The notes below the pieces were generated by a model that was not told the origin of the DNA, made no database searches, and was given only the letters and a program-made list of their open reading frames with translations. Below are positions 1 through 11,500 of a DNA stretch of 64,000 nucleotides, one piece after another; position 1 is the stretch's first letter, and the number at the start of each line of letters is the position of its first letter. A program made the position numbers and the translations under genes. This DNA comes from a virus. The stretch is taken from the IMG/VR virus record IMGVR_UViG_3300031951_006582, positions 8,299 through 72,298 of that record, one strand, 5' to 3'.

Positions 1-1
1 A

Positions 2-520
2 GCAATCATCTTCAATTGGGACCGTGAACTTCTAGAAGGTTCAACTAAGGCCAGCCGTGAATGGCGTGAGCAAGTTGACGAATGGTGGGCAGAGCGTCTT
101 GGCATCCCTCATCTAACCCCTCGTTGGGTGCTACAGCAATGGGGAACTGATGTTGCTCGTAAGAACTTTCATAATGACATTTGGGTAGCAAGCGTAGAGA
201 ACAGACTACGCAATATCAAGGATGATATCGTAATCACTGATTGCCGCTTTGCTAATGAGGTAGATGCTATCAAGAACGCAGGTGGTATCACTCTTAGAAC
301 TCATCGCGGCGAAGATCCTGAATGGTATTTTGTTGCTGTTTCTCTTAATACGACTACCGACCCTGCACTTAAAGAAGTGTATAAGGACGGATTAGATAAC
401 AAGTTCAACGTTCATGCCAGCGAGTATAGCAGTGTTGGGCTAGCCTACGATTATCATGTTGACAATAACGGAACGATTGACCATCTACACAAGCAGATGG
501 AATCAATAATCAACCGTTAA
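2..520 (+). CDS. Deoxynucleoside monophosphate kinase (T4 gp1-like), 5' truncated by window edge
   Basis: Frame is open from base 2 (AIIFNWDRELLEGSTKASREWREQVDEWW...TPRWVLQQWGTD), with VITDCRFANE and HASE motifs typical of phage dNMP kinases. Confidence 0.9.
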   Translation, partial: AIIFNWDRELLEGSTKASREWREQVDEWWAERLGIPHLTPRWVLQQWGTDVARKNFHNDIWVASVENRLRNIKDDIVITDCRFANEVDAIKNAGGITLRTHRGEDPEWYFVAVSLNTTTDPALKEVYKDGLDNKFNVHASEYSSVGLAYDYHVDNNGTIDHLHKQMESIINR

Positions 521-853
521 GTCTCCCCTCTTCCATGTGACCTCTTTGCGCTTGACTACTTCAATACAATTGAGGCATATGGTTCGTAGATTGCTAAACG
601 CTACATTATTCAAATCGCCGTCGATGTGAAAGACGGTCATCTGACTAGGATACAGACTCTTAAAGCCGCACAAATCACAGTGCGGCTTTTTTTGATATCC
701 AGCTTTCTCCCAACCGGGTCTTAATGGCTTCTTCTTAGCCTTCTTCTTGCCACAACTATCACATATACTGCGATAGTAGGTTTTGCCATTGCGGATGTAG
801 TTTATCGCCCTATAATTCTTGTTGCAACTCTTGCATATGGGTCTTTTTAGCAT
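503..853 (-). CDS. Zn-finger/HNH endonuclease-like protein
   Basis: CxxC pairs, then CDLCG...HIDGDLNN...NLRTICLNC HNH-like motif; late promoter 5 nt upstream of the ATG. Confidence 0.75.
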   Translation of the reverse strand: MLKRPICKSCNKNYRAINYIRNGKTYYRSICDSCGKKKAKKKPLRPGWEKAGYQKKPHCDLCGFKSLYPSQMTVFHIDGDLNNVAFSNLRTICLNCIEVVKRKEVTWKRGDLTVDY

Positions 854-858
854 AATGA

Positions 859-865
859 TATTTAT
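859..865 (-). promoter_or_regulatory. T4-type late promoter (ATAAATA), leaderless
   Basis: Minus strand reads ATAAATA-tcatt-ATG(853). Confidence 0.6.
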
Positions 866-995
866 TCATTTATGCCTTTAAAGGTTCGGTTAAACCAAGT
901 TTTTTGATTTATAAACTAAATAATCATTAGAATCTTGATAATGTATATATCAAGGTAGGTGGTAAACCTCATAATCATACGAAGGAAAAAATATT

Positions 996-3900
996 ATGGC
1001 ACTAGTATCCCCAGGTGTAGAAGTTACGATTACAGATCAATCACAGTATCTTCCAGCACCCACAAACTCAATTCCTTTTATTCTGCTTGCTACTGCACAG
1101 AATAAAGCAAACCCGAACGGCACTGGAGTAGCATCTGGTACTACAGCCGCTAACGCAGGCAAGCTATTCCAAGTAACAAGTCAGCGTGATCTTGTAACTC
1201 TTTACGGCGACCCGTTCTTTTACTCTACTTCAAACGGTACTCCAATTCAGGGTTATGAATTGAACGAGTACGGTTTGCTTGCTGCATACTCAGCACTTGG
1301 TATCACCAATCGTGTATTCTGCGTAAGAGCAGACATTGACCTAGCAAGTCTCGTGGGTCAGACTGGTCGTCCAAGCGGTGAACCAGCAGCCGGTTCATAC
1401 TGGTTAGACACAACCTCTTCAACTTGGGGTATCAATGAGTTCAATGCTGTTACTGGACAGTTTGAATTGCAGCTACCTATCGTAATCACTGACCCAGAAC
1501 TATTAACAGGTGGTTACCCCGTTCAATCAATAGGAACTCCTGGTGATTATGCAGTAAATGCAATCCCCACTTATGATTTCCCTAGCGCACCAACAGCAGT
1601 TCAGTTCTTTTATAAGAATAGTGCAAACGTTTGGGTGTCTATTGGTTCTCCGGAATGGTTAGCTTCATGGCCAACCGTTACAGGTTCCAACACTGTTACT
1701 ACGTTTACTCCTGGTAATACTATCACTATCACAATTGATAACGGTGCAAGTGCAACTATTACTGTTCCAAGCTCACCCAATAACACTCTTGCAAATTTGG
1801 TATCACAAATCAATTCATTGGGATATGCATATTTGTCAGCCGGTTCAACTAATCAAAGACTGCAATTATTTTCTAAACAGCCTGCTTCTACACTTGGTGA
1901 TCTTGTTCCCTATAGTTTAGGAATTTCAGGAACTGGTACTATTCTTACTACTTTGGGTATTCAAGCCGGAACTTATTATCAGCCTGGAGTTGCATATGGA
2001 ACTTCTTCACAGCAACCTCTCTGGACTGCTGGACAGACATATCCTAGACCAAACGGTTCAGTCTGGTTTAAGGTTGGTACAGCCGGATCCGGTCTAAACA
2101 CTGCGATTTCTGAGTGGGATAGCATTACTAATAATTGGGTACCTAAAACAATAGCTTATGCTACTTCAGATGTTAATGCTATTACTGCACTTGACTCAAC
2201 TGGTGGTAAGAATATTCCAGCAGGAACTGTATACACGCAGTATAATTTCGATGCATCAACATCTGCGATTGACAATGATTCCCCACTATACTATTGGGAA
2301 AGAATTGCAACAGGTCCAACTGTAATCACCGGTAGTGTTACTAATCCACAATTCACTAATGGAGCATACACACTTAATGTGTGGGCATCAGTACCAGGAT
2401 CAAGTATTTTAGGTGAATACACCGTTTCGCTAAACGATAACAGCGATGCTCAAGACTTCGTAGATGCTTGGAATAGTGCAGCTATACCGTTCACTACTGC
2501 AAGTGTTACCTCTGCCGGTGCAATTCAACTTACGCACACTCAGGGCGGAACAATTAATATGAGCGACTTTAGTTCAGTTGATGGTTTTAGCTCTGGCTTA
2601 ATTGAGGACGCTGGATTTATTTCTGGTTCAACCCTAGGTGTTAAAACTGGATTTAGCTATGAAGTTAATTTCCAACCAGATCAAACATCAACTGATAGTG
2701 TTGATGGTGCAGGCTTGGTAGTCAACGTTCAGACTGCATATCAGAAGTATTATGTAAATCCGACCGCATTTCCAAATGCAGGTGGCGACTACTTAGTAGG
2801 TGATACTGTAACTTTTTCAGGAGCTGATTTAGGCGGTACAAGCCCAGCCAATGATTTGGTTGTTGTCGTAACCGCAGTGAACCCTGGAACAGGTGAAGTA
2901 TTAGCAGTTACTCCGGCTTCTGGCACACCTAACCAAGCAGCAGCCATGTACACAACTTTATTATCAAATTGGGTAGAGTTTGAAATGACTGCAAACGAAG
3001 GTGCACCCGTAGCTGCTCCTGCAAACAACACTAACTGGTTCTACTCAGTAGTAGATCAAGTTGATATTATGGTCAACACTACTGCAGGTTGGAGAGGATA
3101 TAGAAATGCCAACTATGACAGCAACGGTTTCCCTCTTCCTTCAGGATCAAACACAACTGATCCTAACGGACCAATCGTAAGTGCTACTGAGCCAACCGTA
3201 CAGAGTGACGGAACTGCACTTGCGTTTGGTGATCTTTGGATTGACACAAGTGATCTTGAAAACTATCCAATCATCAATCGTTGGCAGCTTGTAGAAGGTG
3301 CCGGATCATGGGTAAGAATTGATAATGCAGATCAGACAAGTTCAACTGGTGTTCTATTTGCAGATGCACGTTGGGCACAAAACGGCACAACTGACCCAGT
3401 TGACGATCCGATCCCATCAATCGTTACTTTGCTAACCAGCAATTATCTAGATGTTGATGCTCCAGCAGACGAACTTTATCCAGTAGGTATGCTATTGTTT
3501 AACACTCGTCGTTCAGGCTACAATGTTAAGCAATATCGTGTGAATTATTTCAATGCAGAAAGATTCCCTGATACTTCATTGCCTACTGAAAAGAATACTT
3601 GGGTATCTGTTTCTGGATTGCAATCGAACGGCGCACCGTTCATGGGTCGTAAGGCTCAGAGAGCAATGGTTGTTCAAGCATTGAGAGCAGCAATTGATAC
3701 CAATTCTGCCCTACGTGATGAAGACAACGCATTCAACTTGCTTGCTACTCCGAACTATCCTGAACTACAGCCTAACATGGTTGTACTCAACAATGATAGA
3801 GGACAGACTGGATTTATCATTGGTGATACTCCAATGAGACTCCCAGAGAATGCAACTGCAATTCAAGCGTGGGCAACTAACGCAGCAGGCGCAACTTCAA

Positions 3901-4586
3901 CAGGTGAAGAAGGTCTTGTAACTCGTGATACTTATATGGGTCTATTCTACCCATCAGGTATTGCCCCTGATCTATCAGGTAATCTCGTAGCAGTTCCCCC
4001 ATCACACATGATGATCAGAACTATTCTACGTAACGACAACATTGCGTTCCCTTGGTTCGCCCCAGCCGGTACTCGTCGCGGTATCATTGACAATGCTACA
4101 AGCATTGGATATCTCGATAGTGCAACAGGTGAGTTTGTCTCAATGAGAACTAACATCGGAATTCGTGACGTACTGTACACGAATCAGATTAACCCATTGG
4201 TATTCTTCACTGGTAACGGACTATTGAACTATGGTAATAAGTCAAGCTTCAACTCAAGTTCTGCTCTTGACAGAATCAACGTTGCAAGACTTGTTGCTTA
4301 CATTCGTCGTCAATTGACACTTGCAGCAAGACCGTTCGTATTCGAACCAAATGATGCATTGACAAGACAAGAGATTTCAGGTGTTGTTGAAACACTAATG
4401 GTTGATCTTGTTGCTAAGAGAGGTATCTATGACTATCTCGTAGTTTGCGATGAATCAAATAACACACCAGCACGTATTGACAGAAACGAGCTTTGGGTAG
4501 ACGTAGCAATTGAGCCTGTTAAGGCAATTGAATTCATCTACATTCCGGTTCGTGTGTTCAATACAGGTGAGATTTCAGGACAATAA
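996..4586 (+). CDS. Tail sheath protein (T4 gp18-like) with large insertion domains
   Basis: MALVSPGVEV N-terminus; WFAPAGTRRG, LYTNQINP, ALDRINVARL, FVFEPND, CDESNNTPARIDRNEL, IEFIYIP sheath motifs. Confidence 0.97.
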   Translation: MALVSPGVEVTITDQSQYLPAPTNSIPFILLATAQNKANPNGTGVASGTTAANAGKLFQVTSQRDLVTLYGDPFFYSTSNGTPIQGYELNEYGLLAAYSALGITNRVFCVRADIDLASLVGQTGRPSGEPAAGSYWLDTTSSTWGINEFNAVTGQFELQLPIVITDPELLTGGYPVQSIGTPGDYAVNAIPTYDFPSAPTAVQFFYKNSANVWVSIGSPEWLASWPTVTGSNTVTTFTPGNTITITIDNGASATITVPSSPNNTLANLVSQINSLGYAYLSAGSTNQRLQLFSKQPASTLGDLVPYSLGISGTGTILTTLGIQAGTYYQPGVAYGTSSQQPLWTAGQTYPRPNGSVWFKVGTAGSGLNTAISEWDSITNNWVPKTIAYATSDVNAITALDSTGGKNIPAGTVYTQYNFDASTSAIDNDSPLYYWERIATGPTVITGSVTNPQFTNGAYTLNVWASVPGSSILGEYTVSLNDNSDAQDFVDAWNSAAIPFTTASVTSAGAIQLTHTQGGTINMSDFSSVDGFSSGLIEDAGFISGSTLGVKTGFSYEVNFQPDQTSTDSVDGAGLVVNVQTAYQKYYVNPTAFPNAGGDYLVGDTVTFSGADLGGTSPANDLVVVVTAVNPGTGEVLAVTPASGTPNQAAAMYTTLLSNWVEFEMTANEGAPVAAPANNTNWFYSVVDQVDIMVNTTAGWRGYRNANYDSNGFPLPSGSNTTDPNGPIVSATEPTVQSDGTALAFGDLWIDTSDLENYPIINRWQLVEGAGSWVRIDNADQTSSTGVLFADARWAQNGTTDPVDDPIPSIVTLLTSNYLDVDAPADELYPVGMLLFNTRRSGYNVKQYRVNYFNAERFPDTSLPTEKNTWVSVSGLQSNGAPFMGRKAQRAMVVQALRAAIDTNSALRDEDNAFNLLATPNYPELQPNMVVLNNDRGQTGFIIGDTPMRLPENATAIQAWATNAAGATSTGEEGLVTRDTYMGLFYPSGIAPDLSGNLVAVPPSHMMIRTILRNDNIAFPWFAPAGTRRGIIDNATSIGYLDSATGEFVSMRTNIGIRDVLYTNQINPLVFFTGNGLLNYGNKSSFNSSSALDRINVARLVAYIRRQLTLAARPFVFEPNDALTRQEISGVVETLMVDLVAKRGIYDYLVVCDESNNTPARIDRNELWVDVAIEPVKAIEFIYIPVRVFNTGEISGQ

Positions 4587-4591
4587 TTAAG

Positions 4592-4619
4592 TTAATGGGT
4601 GCCCCCGGGCACCCATTAA
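4592..4619. terminator. Perfect hairpin between sheath and tube genes
   Basis: ttaatgggtgcc-cccg-ggcacccattaa inverted repeat; weak U-tract on +, so it may be a processing/stability stem. Confidence 0.6.
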
Positions 4620-4624
4620 TAAAA

Positions 4625-4632
4625 GATAAATA
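4625..4632 (+). promoter_or_regulatory. T4-type late promoter GATAAATA
   Basis: Upstream of AGGAG RBS and tail tube ATG. Confidence 0.7.
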
Positions 4633-4652
4633 CTTATAACAGGAGAATACAA

Positions 4653-5297
4653 ATGGCAACAGCCTCACAATCATTGTTCAACATGACCGTAGCATCTGAT
4701 AACGCAGGCGGCAACCAAGGTCTGTTGATGCCTAAACTACAGTTCCGCTTTAGAGTCAACTTCTTGAACTTTGGGGTTGATGTTAATGGCGGACTACAAT
4801 TAACTAAGCAAGTAGTAGATTGTTCAAGACCAAACCTCTCATTTGAAGAAGTTACATTGAACGTTTACAACTCAAGAATGTATCTTGCAGGTAAGCATAC
4901 TTGGTCAGAACTAACCGTCAACGTTCGTGATGACGCTGCTGGTACTGTTTCAAAAGCAGTCGGTCAGCAGATTCAAAAGCAATTTGACTTCGTTGAGCAG
5001 GCATCTGCTGCAACTGGTCAAGACTATAAGTTCCAAACAAACATTGAAATTCTAGACGGTGGTAACGGCGCTCTTGCTCCGACTGTTCTTGAAACTTGGG
5101 AATGCTACGGTTGCTTCATCAAGTCTGCTAACTATAACCAGTTAGCATATGGAACAAACGATCCAGCAACTATTGCTCTATCTATTCGTTACGACAACGC
5201 AATTCAAGCACCACTCACAAGCGGTGTTGGTCAGTTGGTTGGTCGTGCGTTCAACGGCGTAGACGGCATCGTAACTGGTATTGGCGCACAACTTTAA
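4653..5297 (+). CDS. Tail tube protein (T4 gp19-like)
   Basis: Follows sheath; PKLQFRFRV, YLAGKHTW, ETWECYGCF, LSIRYDNA motifs. Confidence 0.92.
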   Translation: MATASQSLFNMTVASDNAGGNQGLLMPKLQFRFRVNFLNFGVDVNGGLQLTKQVVDCSRPNLSFEEVTLNVYNSRMYLAGKHTWSELTVNVRDDAAGTVSKAVGQQIQKQFDFVEQASAATGQDYKFQTNIEILDGGNGALAPTVLETWECYGCFIKSANYNQLAYGTNDPATIALSIRYDNAIQAPLTSGVGQLVGRAFNGVDGIVTGIGAQL

Positions 5298-5312
5298 TAG
5301 TTAGGACAATAA

Positions 5313-6590
5313 ATGACTTTAGGTAATTGGGGTCAAAGTCTATTAGATGGGGCTGCCTCAGCATTATTTGGCAGCCCCTACCTAAGAGATTTCCAGCACG
5401 CTTCTAAAACGTTTAGACCTGATTCTTACACACATGCCCCTAAACTAAAATTCCTCTTCCATACATACTTTGAAATCAATCCTGAAGCATACTTCGGCAC
5501 TCCCCCAAATATCGGCATACTTGTAAAAGAAGTTAGGCTTCCTTCTTTTACGATGGATGTTGCACAATTGAATCAGTACAATAGAAAAAGACTTGTTCAG
5601 TCCAAAATCAAATACGATCCTATAGAAATAGTATTCCACGATGACAATGGCAACAACGTTAATGCTATGTGGGAACAATATTACCAATATTATTACAATG
5701 ACGGAAATAGACCCGGACAGGTATTGCGCGGAAACAGAGGAAATAATAGATTCTTTCAATTAGGAGATAATGACGCTATTACTAGTTATAACAGTAGTAA
5801 TATATATACCGAAACCGATGGTTCGGAAGATCACAGTTGGGGTCTAAAAGGGGGCGCAACTAATCCTGACGGAGTTAAAGTACCATTCTTTAAAAACATC
5901 ACAATATTTGGGTTAAATCAACATGATTTTACTGCATATACCTTAATTAATCCAATGATCACTAACTTCGCTCACGACACTTACAACTACGCTGAAGGGT
6001 CGGGCATAATGCAAAACAGAATGACTATTGATTATGAAACAGTAGTCTACAATTCAGGCTCTTTAGATGGAAGAAGCCCGGGAGACATTGTTACTGGTTT
6101 TGGTGATGAAGCTAATTATGACAGAACTCGTAGTCCTATTATGTCAGCCGGCGCCAACGGAACAATATTAGGTAGAGGTGGTTTGATTGATGCAGCAGGC
6201 GGCGCAATCAGAGCATTGGGCAGAGGTGATATATTTGGTGCAGCAAACACTGGATTAAACTTACTTGATAGAGCTACAAATCGAAATTTTGGTCAAAGTT
6301 TGGTAGAAGGCGCAGCTTTTGATTTGGGCAGTATGTTTGTTGATGCTATAACTAATACTCCAACTAACAGAAATAGAAATACACTTTTTTCTCTTCCGGG
6401 CGCAAGTCAAACACCGGGATTAAGCGGTCTCGCAGGCTCACCTACAATTGATGCAAGACGAACCCCGCAGCCTGTACTCAGCGAACCAACAGCTGGTGCA
6501 CAATTTAATGGGAATCAAGTTCCTCCCGGATTTCCGGTAGAGGCACCGTTTGGTGGAAACTTCAATACTGGACCCGGCGGAGCAGCATAA
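5313..6590 (+). CDS. Tail tube-like/baseplate tube-initiator protein
   Basis: LVKEVRLPSF, NQYNRKR, YDPIEIVFHDD, MTIDYETV tube-fold motifs; synteny. Confidence 0.65.
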   Translation: MTLGNWGQSLLDGAASALFGSPYLRDFQHASKTFRPDSYTHAPKLKFLFHTYFEINPEAYFGTPPNIGILVKEVRLPSFTMDVAQLNQYNRKRLVQSKIKYDPIEIVFHDDNGNNVNAMWEQYYQYYYNDGNRPGQVLRGNRGNNRFFQLGDNDAITSYNSSNIYTETDGSEDHSWGLKGGATNPDGVKVPFFKNITIFGLNQHDFTAYTLINPMITNFAHDTYNYAEGSGIMQNRMTIDYETVVYNSGSLDGRSPGDIVTGFGDEANYDRTRSPIMSAGANGTILGRGGLIDAAGGAIRALGRGDIFGAANTGLNLLDRATNRNFGQSLVEGAAFDLGSMFVDAITNTPTNRNRNTLFSLPGASQTPGLSGLAGSPTIDARRTPQPVLSEPTAGAQFNGNQVPPGFPVEAPFGGNFNTGPGGAA

Positions 6591-6598
6591 ATAGTATT

Positions 6599-6955
6599 AT
6601 GGCTATATTCAGTGTAACATCTTTGGGAAATACCGTAAGAGTTTTTGATAACTTTTATTCCAACGCACTTAAAGTAAACTCAACAGACTGGGATGTTGTG
6701 TACTCATTCTTTTTGGGCAATTCAAATAATAAGCTAGAGGCAAGCAATTTTGCATCATTGCTGTTCTTTATTGCACAAGAAGGTCAATTCAATGTATTAG
6801 ACTTACTTGCTACAATTAAAGGTAAGACTACTAAGTTACAGATGAATCAAGTAATTTGCTATTACCTAAACACGTTCAGACCCAAAACAACTTTATACGG
6901 TGTGGGAATTATACCTAAACCAAACGAAGCAGTACAACGCAACGTAGTATTGTAA
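6599..6955 (+). CDS. Conserved phage protein (structural module)
   Basis: Clean ORF with leaderless late promoter ATAAATA at 6587-6593. Confidence 0.7.
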   Translation: MAIFSVTSLGNTVRVFDNFYSNALKVNSTDWDVVYSFFLGNSNNKLEASNFASLLFFIAQEGQFNVLDLLATIKGKTTKLQMNQVICYYLNTFRPKTTLYGVGIIPKPNEAVQRNVVL

Positions 6956-6956
6956 C

Positions 6957-7391
6957 ATGGGTAAGTGGGCACAAGGCAAATACACGCCTAAAAATCCACA
7001 GAAGTATATAGGTAATAACCAGCCCAAATATCGTTCCGGTTGGGAACTCACTTTCATGACATTCTGTGATAGTAACGATAGCATCATATATTGGGCTAGC
7101 GAATCAATGAGAATTCCATATAAACATCCGTTAACCGGTAAGCCTACAATCTATGTTCCTGACTTCTTTGTAGTATATCAAAACAGATTTGGTAAGCAAG
7201 TTGCTGAAGTCGTTGAGATAAAACCAAAGAAACAGAGTATCATTGAAAGCAAAGTTGCAAGCGCCAAAGATAGAATGGTAGTAGCAATCAATCACGCTAA
7301 GTGGACAGCAGCAATGGCATACTGTAAGAGCCAAGGACTAACCTTTAGAGTCATCACCGAAGATGATATCTTTTACAACGGGCGCAAGTAA
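6957..7391 (+). CDS. Head completion nuclease (T4 gp4-like, TnsA/PD-(D/E)xK fold)
   Basis: PKNPQKYIG, YRSGWE, WASE, YVPDF, EIKP, NHAKWTAA, FRVITE. Confidence 0.9.
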   Translation: MGKWAQGKYTPKNPQKYIGNNQPKYRSGWELTFMTFCDSNDSIIYWASESMRIPYKHPLTGKPTIYVPDFFVVYQNRFGKQVAEVVEIKPKKQSIIESKVASAKDRMVVAINHAKWTAAMAYCKSQGLTFRVITEDDIFYNGRK

Positions 7392-7405
7392 AACTAAATA
7401 CTTGT

Positions 7406-7888
7406 ATGACCAAAAAGCTTGAAGAACTATTTGAATTAGCATCATCCGACGAGAATGATTTGACTATTCCTTTGCCTGAAGTTACTGAAGAAGTGACAGA
7501 AAACGCACTAAGCACATTAGATAAGATTGAAGCAGCACTTCCTCAAGTTAAGGGACTTGAAGCGGCTGACACTGAGATGGATGAGCTGGCAGAACTTGCT
7601 ACGTCAAGCTACAAAGACTTGATGGATCTTGGGATGCAAGTTGAATCTCGTTTTAGCTCGGAAATCTTCAATAGTGCAAGTAGTATGTTAGGTCACGCTA
7701 TTACAGCTAAAACAGCAAAGATTAACAAGAAATTAAAGATGCTTGACCTACAGATGAAGAAAGCCCAACTTGATCAGAAAATGCAGTCAAAGAGCGAAGA
7801 AGTAGAGAATACTCCATTGGGTGAGGGTAAGTCACTTGACCGCAACGAATTGCTCAAGATGTTCAACACCAAAAATAACGATCAATGA
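7406..7888 (+). CDS. Helical phage protein, possibly terminase small subunit
   Basis: Coiled-coil ORF next to gp4-like gene, C-terminal DRNELLK; function is a guess. Confidence 0.45.
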   Translation: MTKKLEELFELASSDENDLTIPLPEVTEEVTENALSTLDKIEAALPQVKGLEAADTEMDELAELATSSYKDLMDLGMQVESRFSSEIFNSASSMLGHAITAKTAKINKKLKMLDLQMKKAQLDQKMQSKSEEVENTPLGEGKSLDRNELLKMFNTKNNDQ

Positions 7889-7894
7889 TAAATA
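7887..7894 (+). promoter_or_regulatory. T4-type late promoter GATAAATA
   Basis: Upstream of AGGA RBS and ORF 7921. Confidence 0.65.
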
Positions 7895-7920
7895 CATAAT
7901 ATAATATTGCAGGAAACCAT

Positions 7921-8550
7921 ATGCGCAGTCTAAAACAATACATCATAGAAAGTGTTCACACTTACGATTATACTGTCAAAATTGCGGGCCAAGTTGATAA
8001 GAATTGGCTTGACATGTTCAAGTATAATCTTAAGAAGTTTGATCCAATTGAAATTTCAGAACCAAAGACCACACCTATTCAAAAGAGTCCATATGGATTC
8101 AATGAGGTAACGAACGAGCCAGTAACTCTAATCAAGTGCAAGTTCCGTTATCCTGCTACTGAGCCAATGGTTCAGCAAATTGCTCAGTTGTTGGGCTACA
8201 ATGTGAACATGGTTCGTCTTGTAAAGACCGGTTATGATGAGAGTGTCACTTCTGAAATGGAAGGCTATGTAAATCAAATGGAGCATAGCCCTGTTCTAAC
8301 TCACGAAGAACTTGAAGAACAACCTGGTGCTAAGGAAGCTGCTAAGGCATATGGTAACAGCTATCTTGACAGCATCAAAGAACAAACTAAGGATGACAAG
8401 ATTGACATTCCTTACGAAGGCACAAAGACACCGGCAGCATTTGATCCTTTCAAGCCAGAAACATTAATGTCAACAATGGGCAAAGATAGTCCAATGAGCA
8501 AGATTACTCGTCCAGCTAAGCCACAAACCGGCGCAATGGGAGGCAGATAA
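7921..8550 (+). CDS. Putative virion protein with capsid-targeting-like N-terminus
   Basis: Starts MRSLKQYIIE|S; late promoter upstream. Confidence 0.65.
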   Translation: MRSLKQYIIESVHTYDYTVKIAGQVDKNWLDMFKYNLKKFDPIEISEPKTTPIQKSPYGFNEVTNEPVTLIKCKFRYPATEPMVQQIAQLLGYNVNMVRLVKTGYDESVTSEMEGYVNQMEHSPVLTHEELEEQPGAKEAAKAYGNSYLDSIKEQTKDDKIDIPYEGTKTPAAFDPFKPETLMSTMGKDSPMSKITRPAKPQTGAMGGR

Positions 8551-11500
8551 TGAAAGATATTTTAGGTAAGCTCTCAGCTATTGAAGCATCTGCACCAAAG
8601 AAGGCTGCTAAGAAGATGTTGAATGAAGATTCGACTACTCCTCCTATGAATGTCTCCAATAAGCCTGCCTCACTCAAGGATGTATTTGAGAATATGGCGA
8701 TGCAGAGACCAATTCCTGTAGTAGGAAAACAAGGTGATACGCAGGAGACTGGAGCGGGATTCTTACACGTAACAGATAATAGTCCAGCAGCGCAAGCATT
8801 AAGCAATGCATTTGGCGATTTAGCAAGTCAGGGTAAAGCACAGATTGTGATGCCTACTTCAGGTCAAAAAACAGGCCAGCAGACTCAGCAAACTAAACCA
8901 ACCGGGCAGGCCGGTCAACAGCAACAAACAGGTCAGTCTGCTAAAGCCGGTGCTACTGGTCAGCAACTTGACGAACTATCACCTGACTTGTTAAAAAGAG
9001 CAGGTGCTGAGGCATCAAAAAGACAACAAGCAGCCAAAGGCCCACAATCTTTGGGTACAGAGTTTGAAGGTGGAATTGAACTGGGTTATGAAGTAAACGG
9101 TCAGAAAACTCATGTTGTCTCCCCTTCAGAAGCAGCAGAGCATATTGAAAAAGGAATACTCACCCCTGACACTAGGGTTATTGTATTTTCACCCTCCGGC
9201 CGCAAAACAGCAATGGTACTTGCTAGTAAAGTACCTGCACTAAAAGCGATGTTTAATCCACAAACCCCGGGCTCAAAGTTTTGGGGTATGAAAGCAGATA
9301 AATTTGGCCAAGCAGCAAAGGCAGCAACTTCTAGAGACCAAGCTAAAGACTATTCTGCACAACAAACTGCGGGAATGAGTCCTGCTCAAAAGCGTCAGTT
9401 TGATGCTATGTCAAAATCAGGTGCACTTGCAGAAGAACAGCTTGACGAACTATCACCGAAAACGCTTGCTTCCTACACTAAGAAGGCATCCGATGATTTG
9501 GTTGATAGAGCCGAAGATCATGCCTATATGAAGTCACCTGAGCGAGTGCCTGGAGGATATACCAAAGCAATAGCTCGCAATCAAGCCAAAGGCCTAAACA
9601 GGCAGCAAGGAATCAGCAGGGCAGTAGATAAACTTTCAGGCAATGCCAAAGTTCCTGCAAATGAGGGTGCAAAAGTTGATCGTATGGTCAAGCACATTGC
9701 TAAGTCAGAGCGTAAGCTAGGCAAGTCAAAGGACGAAGCAGAAGATATTGCATGGGCAACTGCTAACAAGCGCGGTATGCTTGACAACAAGAATAAGAAG
9801 AAGATGAAGGAAGCTGACATTCCATCAACAAACGGTATTGATACTATGGGTGCTGGTTTAGGTGCTGGTCGTAGCAGAACAACTTTAGAAGGTAAGAAGC
9901 CAGACTTCTTAGACCTAGACAAAGATGGTAACAAGAAAGAACCAATGAAAAAGGCAGCAGCCGACAAGAAAAAGAAAAAGGTAGATGAATCTATGAATCA
10001 CAGAATTAGTGCAGCCCGCTTAGAGGGCAAATCACACGGTCTAAGAGGTCATGCACACTCTGGCAAGAGATACGAAGACCTAGAAGAAATGAAAGCATAT
10101 CACGAAGGCTACAAAGAAGGCCTTGATGAATGTTATGGTCAGGGCGTGTATGAAACTGCAATGCCAGCAACAGTTCCTGGTATGGCAAGCGCAGCAATGC
10201 CTACTATGGAAGACGAAATGGAAGAAGGCATCAGAGATAATCTCAAGAAGGCAGGCATGGCCGCTGCATTGGGCGCAACTGCATTAGGTGCTGGGGGAAT
10301 GGCTAAGGGTGCTTATGACTATCATCATAAGGAAATCCCAGGCATGGGCATGTCGCAGTCAGATTTTGACAAATCAATCGGTCATGATCCAGCTGCTGGT
10401 CGCAAAAGTTACTTTGGTACAAACACTAATGAAGCTGAAATGGATGAAGGCAATGCCTTCACAGCAGCACTTGCAAAGACTCCAAAGGGAGGCAAGTTCA
10501 CAGTAGGCGGTAAGACATTCACTGATCGTACAAACTATGATACTAAAGTTGATGAGTATGCATTTGAAGCATGGGACCGCGAACTAAGTAATCTTCTTAA
10601 CGAAGGTACTGAAGTTAACGAAGGTCTTTCAGTTTCAATCTCAAAAGATCAACAGAATTCACCAGACTCAGTAACTATCACTGCACAAGATGAAGAAGCA
10701 GAACATCTTCTTGCATTCGTAAAGAACGCAGGTCTAGGCCTCTTCGGTGATGACCATGATCATTCACCTTCAAGCGCAATGTCAATTCAGCCGGCACACG
10801 GTGCGCCTGATGAAGTTGGCGCAGGTGGTGTTGACGTAGAAGTAGTTGACGGAAACGATGGCATCATGGGTCTCATGCAGAAGCTATCCGGAATTCAATC
10901 AGCAGGTGCTGATGACTACGAAGACGAAGAAGGTGACGAAGAACAGCTTTATGGCAATCATTCAGCAGCCGATAAAAAAGATTGCGGCGATTATGATCAA
11001 CCTTCTAACGAAGACACTTGCAACGAATGCGGTGGAATGATGGAAACTGGACATAGTTGCGGTTCAAAAGAAATGGTTGATGAAGTAGAATCAGAAGACC
11101 AAATGGAATTTGAAGTAGCAGAAGACAATGCTCCTGATTCAGGCGCAGCAGAAACTACTGCTGATGAAAACGCTGAAGCTGAAGAAGATAAAGCCCTTGC
11201 TCTTAAGAGCGTAAACGAATCATTCTTTGATATTTTGGCTCGCCTTGAACAATTGTCAGAAGGTTCAGGTGATGAACCAAAGCATCCTAAGCATCACGAA
11301 AAAGATGAAAAAGATTACGATGACGCTGAAGAAGAGGAAGAAGTTAAGGAATCAGCAGATGAAGACTCAGCCGAAGACCTAACTGAATGGGCCAACAATG
11401 CAGGCAAGAAGGGTACTGATGCATCTTTTGAGGCAGACATTGACTTCATGACTAAAGTTATCGCAGGCGGACTCAACAAGCCTAAGTCAACCGGTCAGAC

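Noticed and set aside
934-969. Hairpins in the sheath 5' leader (cttgata/tatcaag)
   Set aside because: Short AT-rich stems that could arise by chance; no further support
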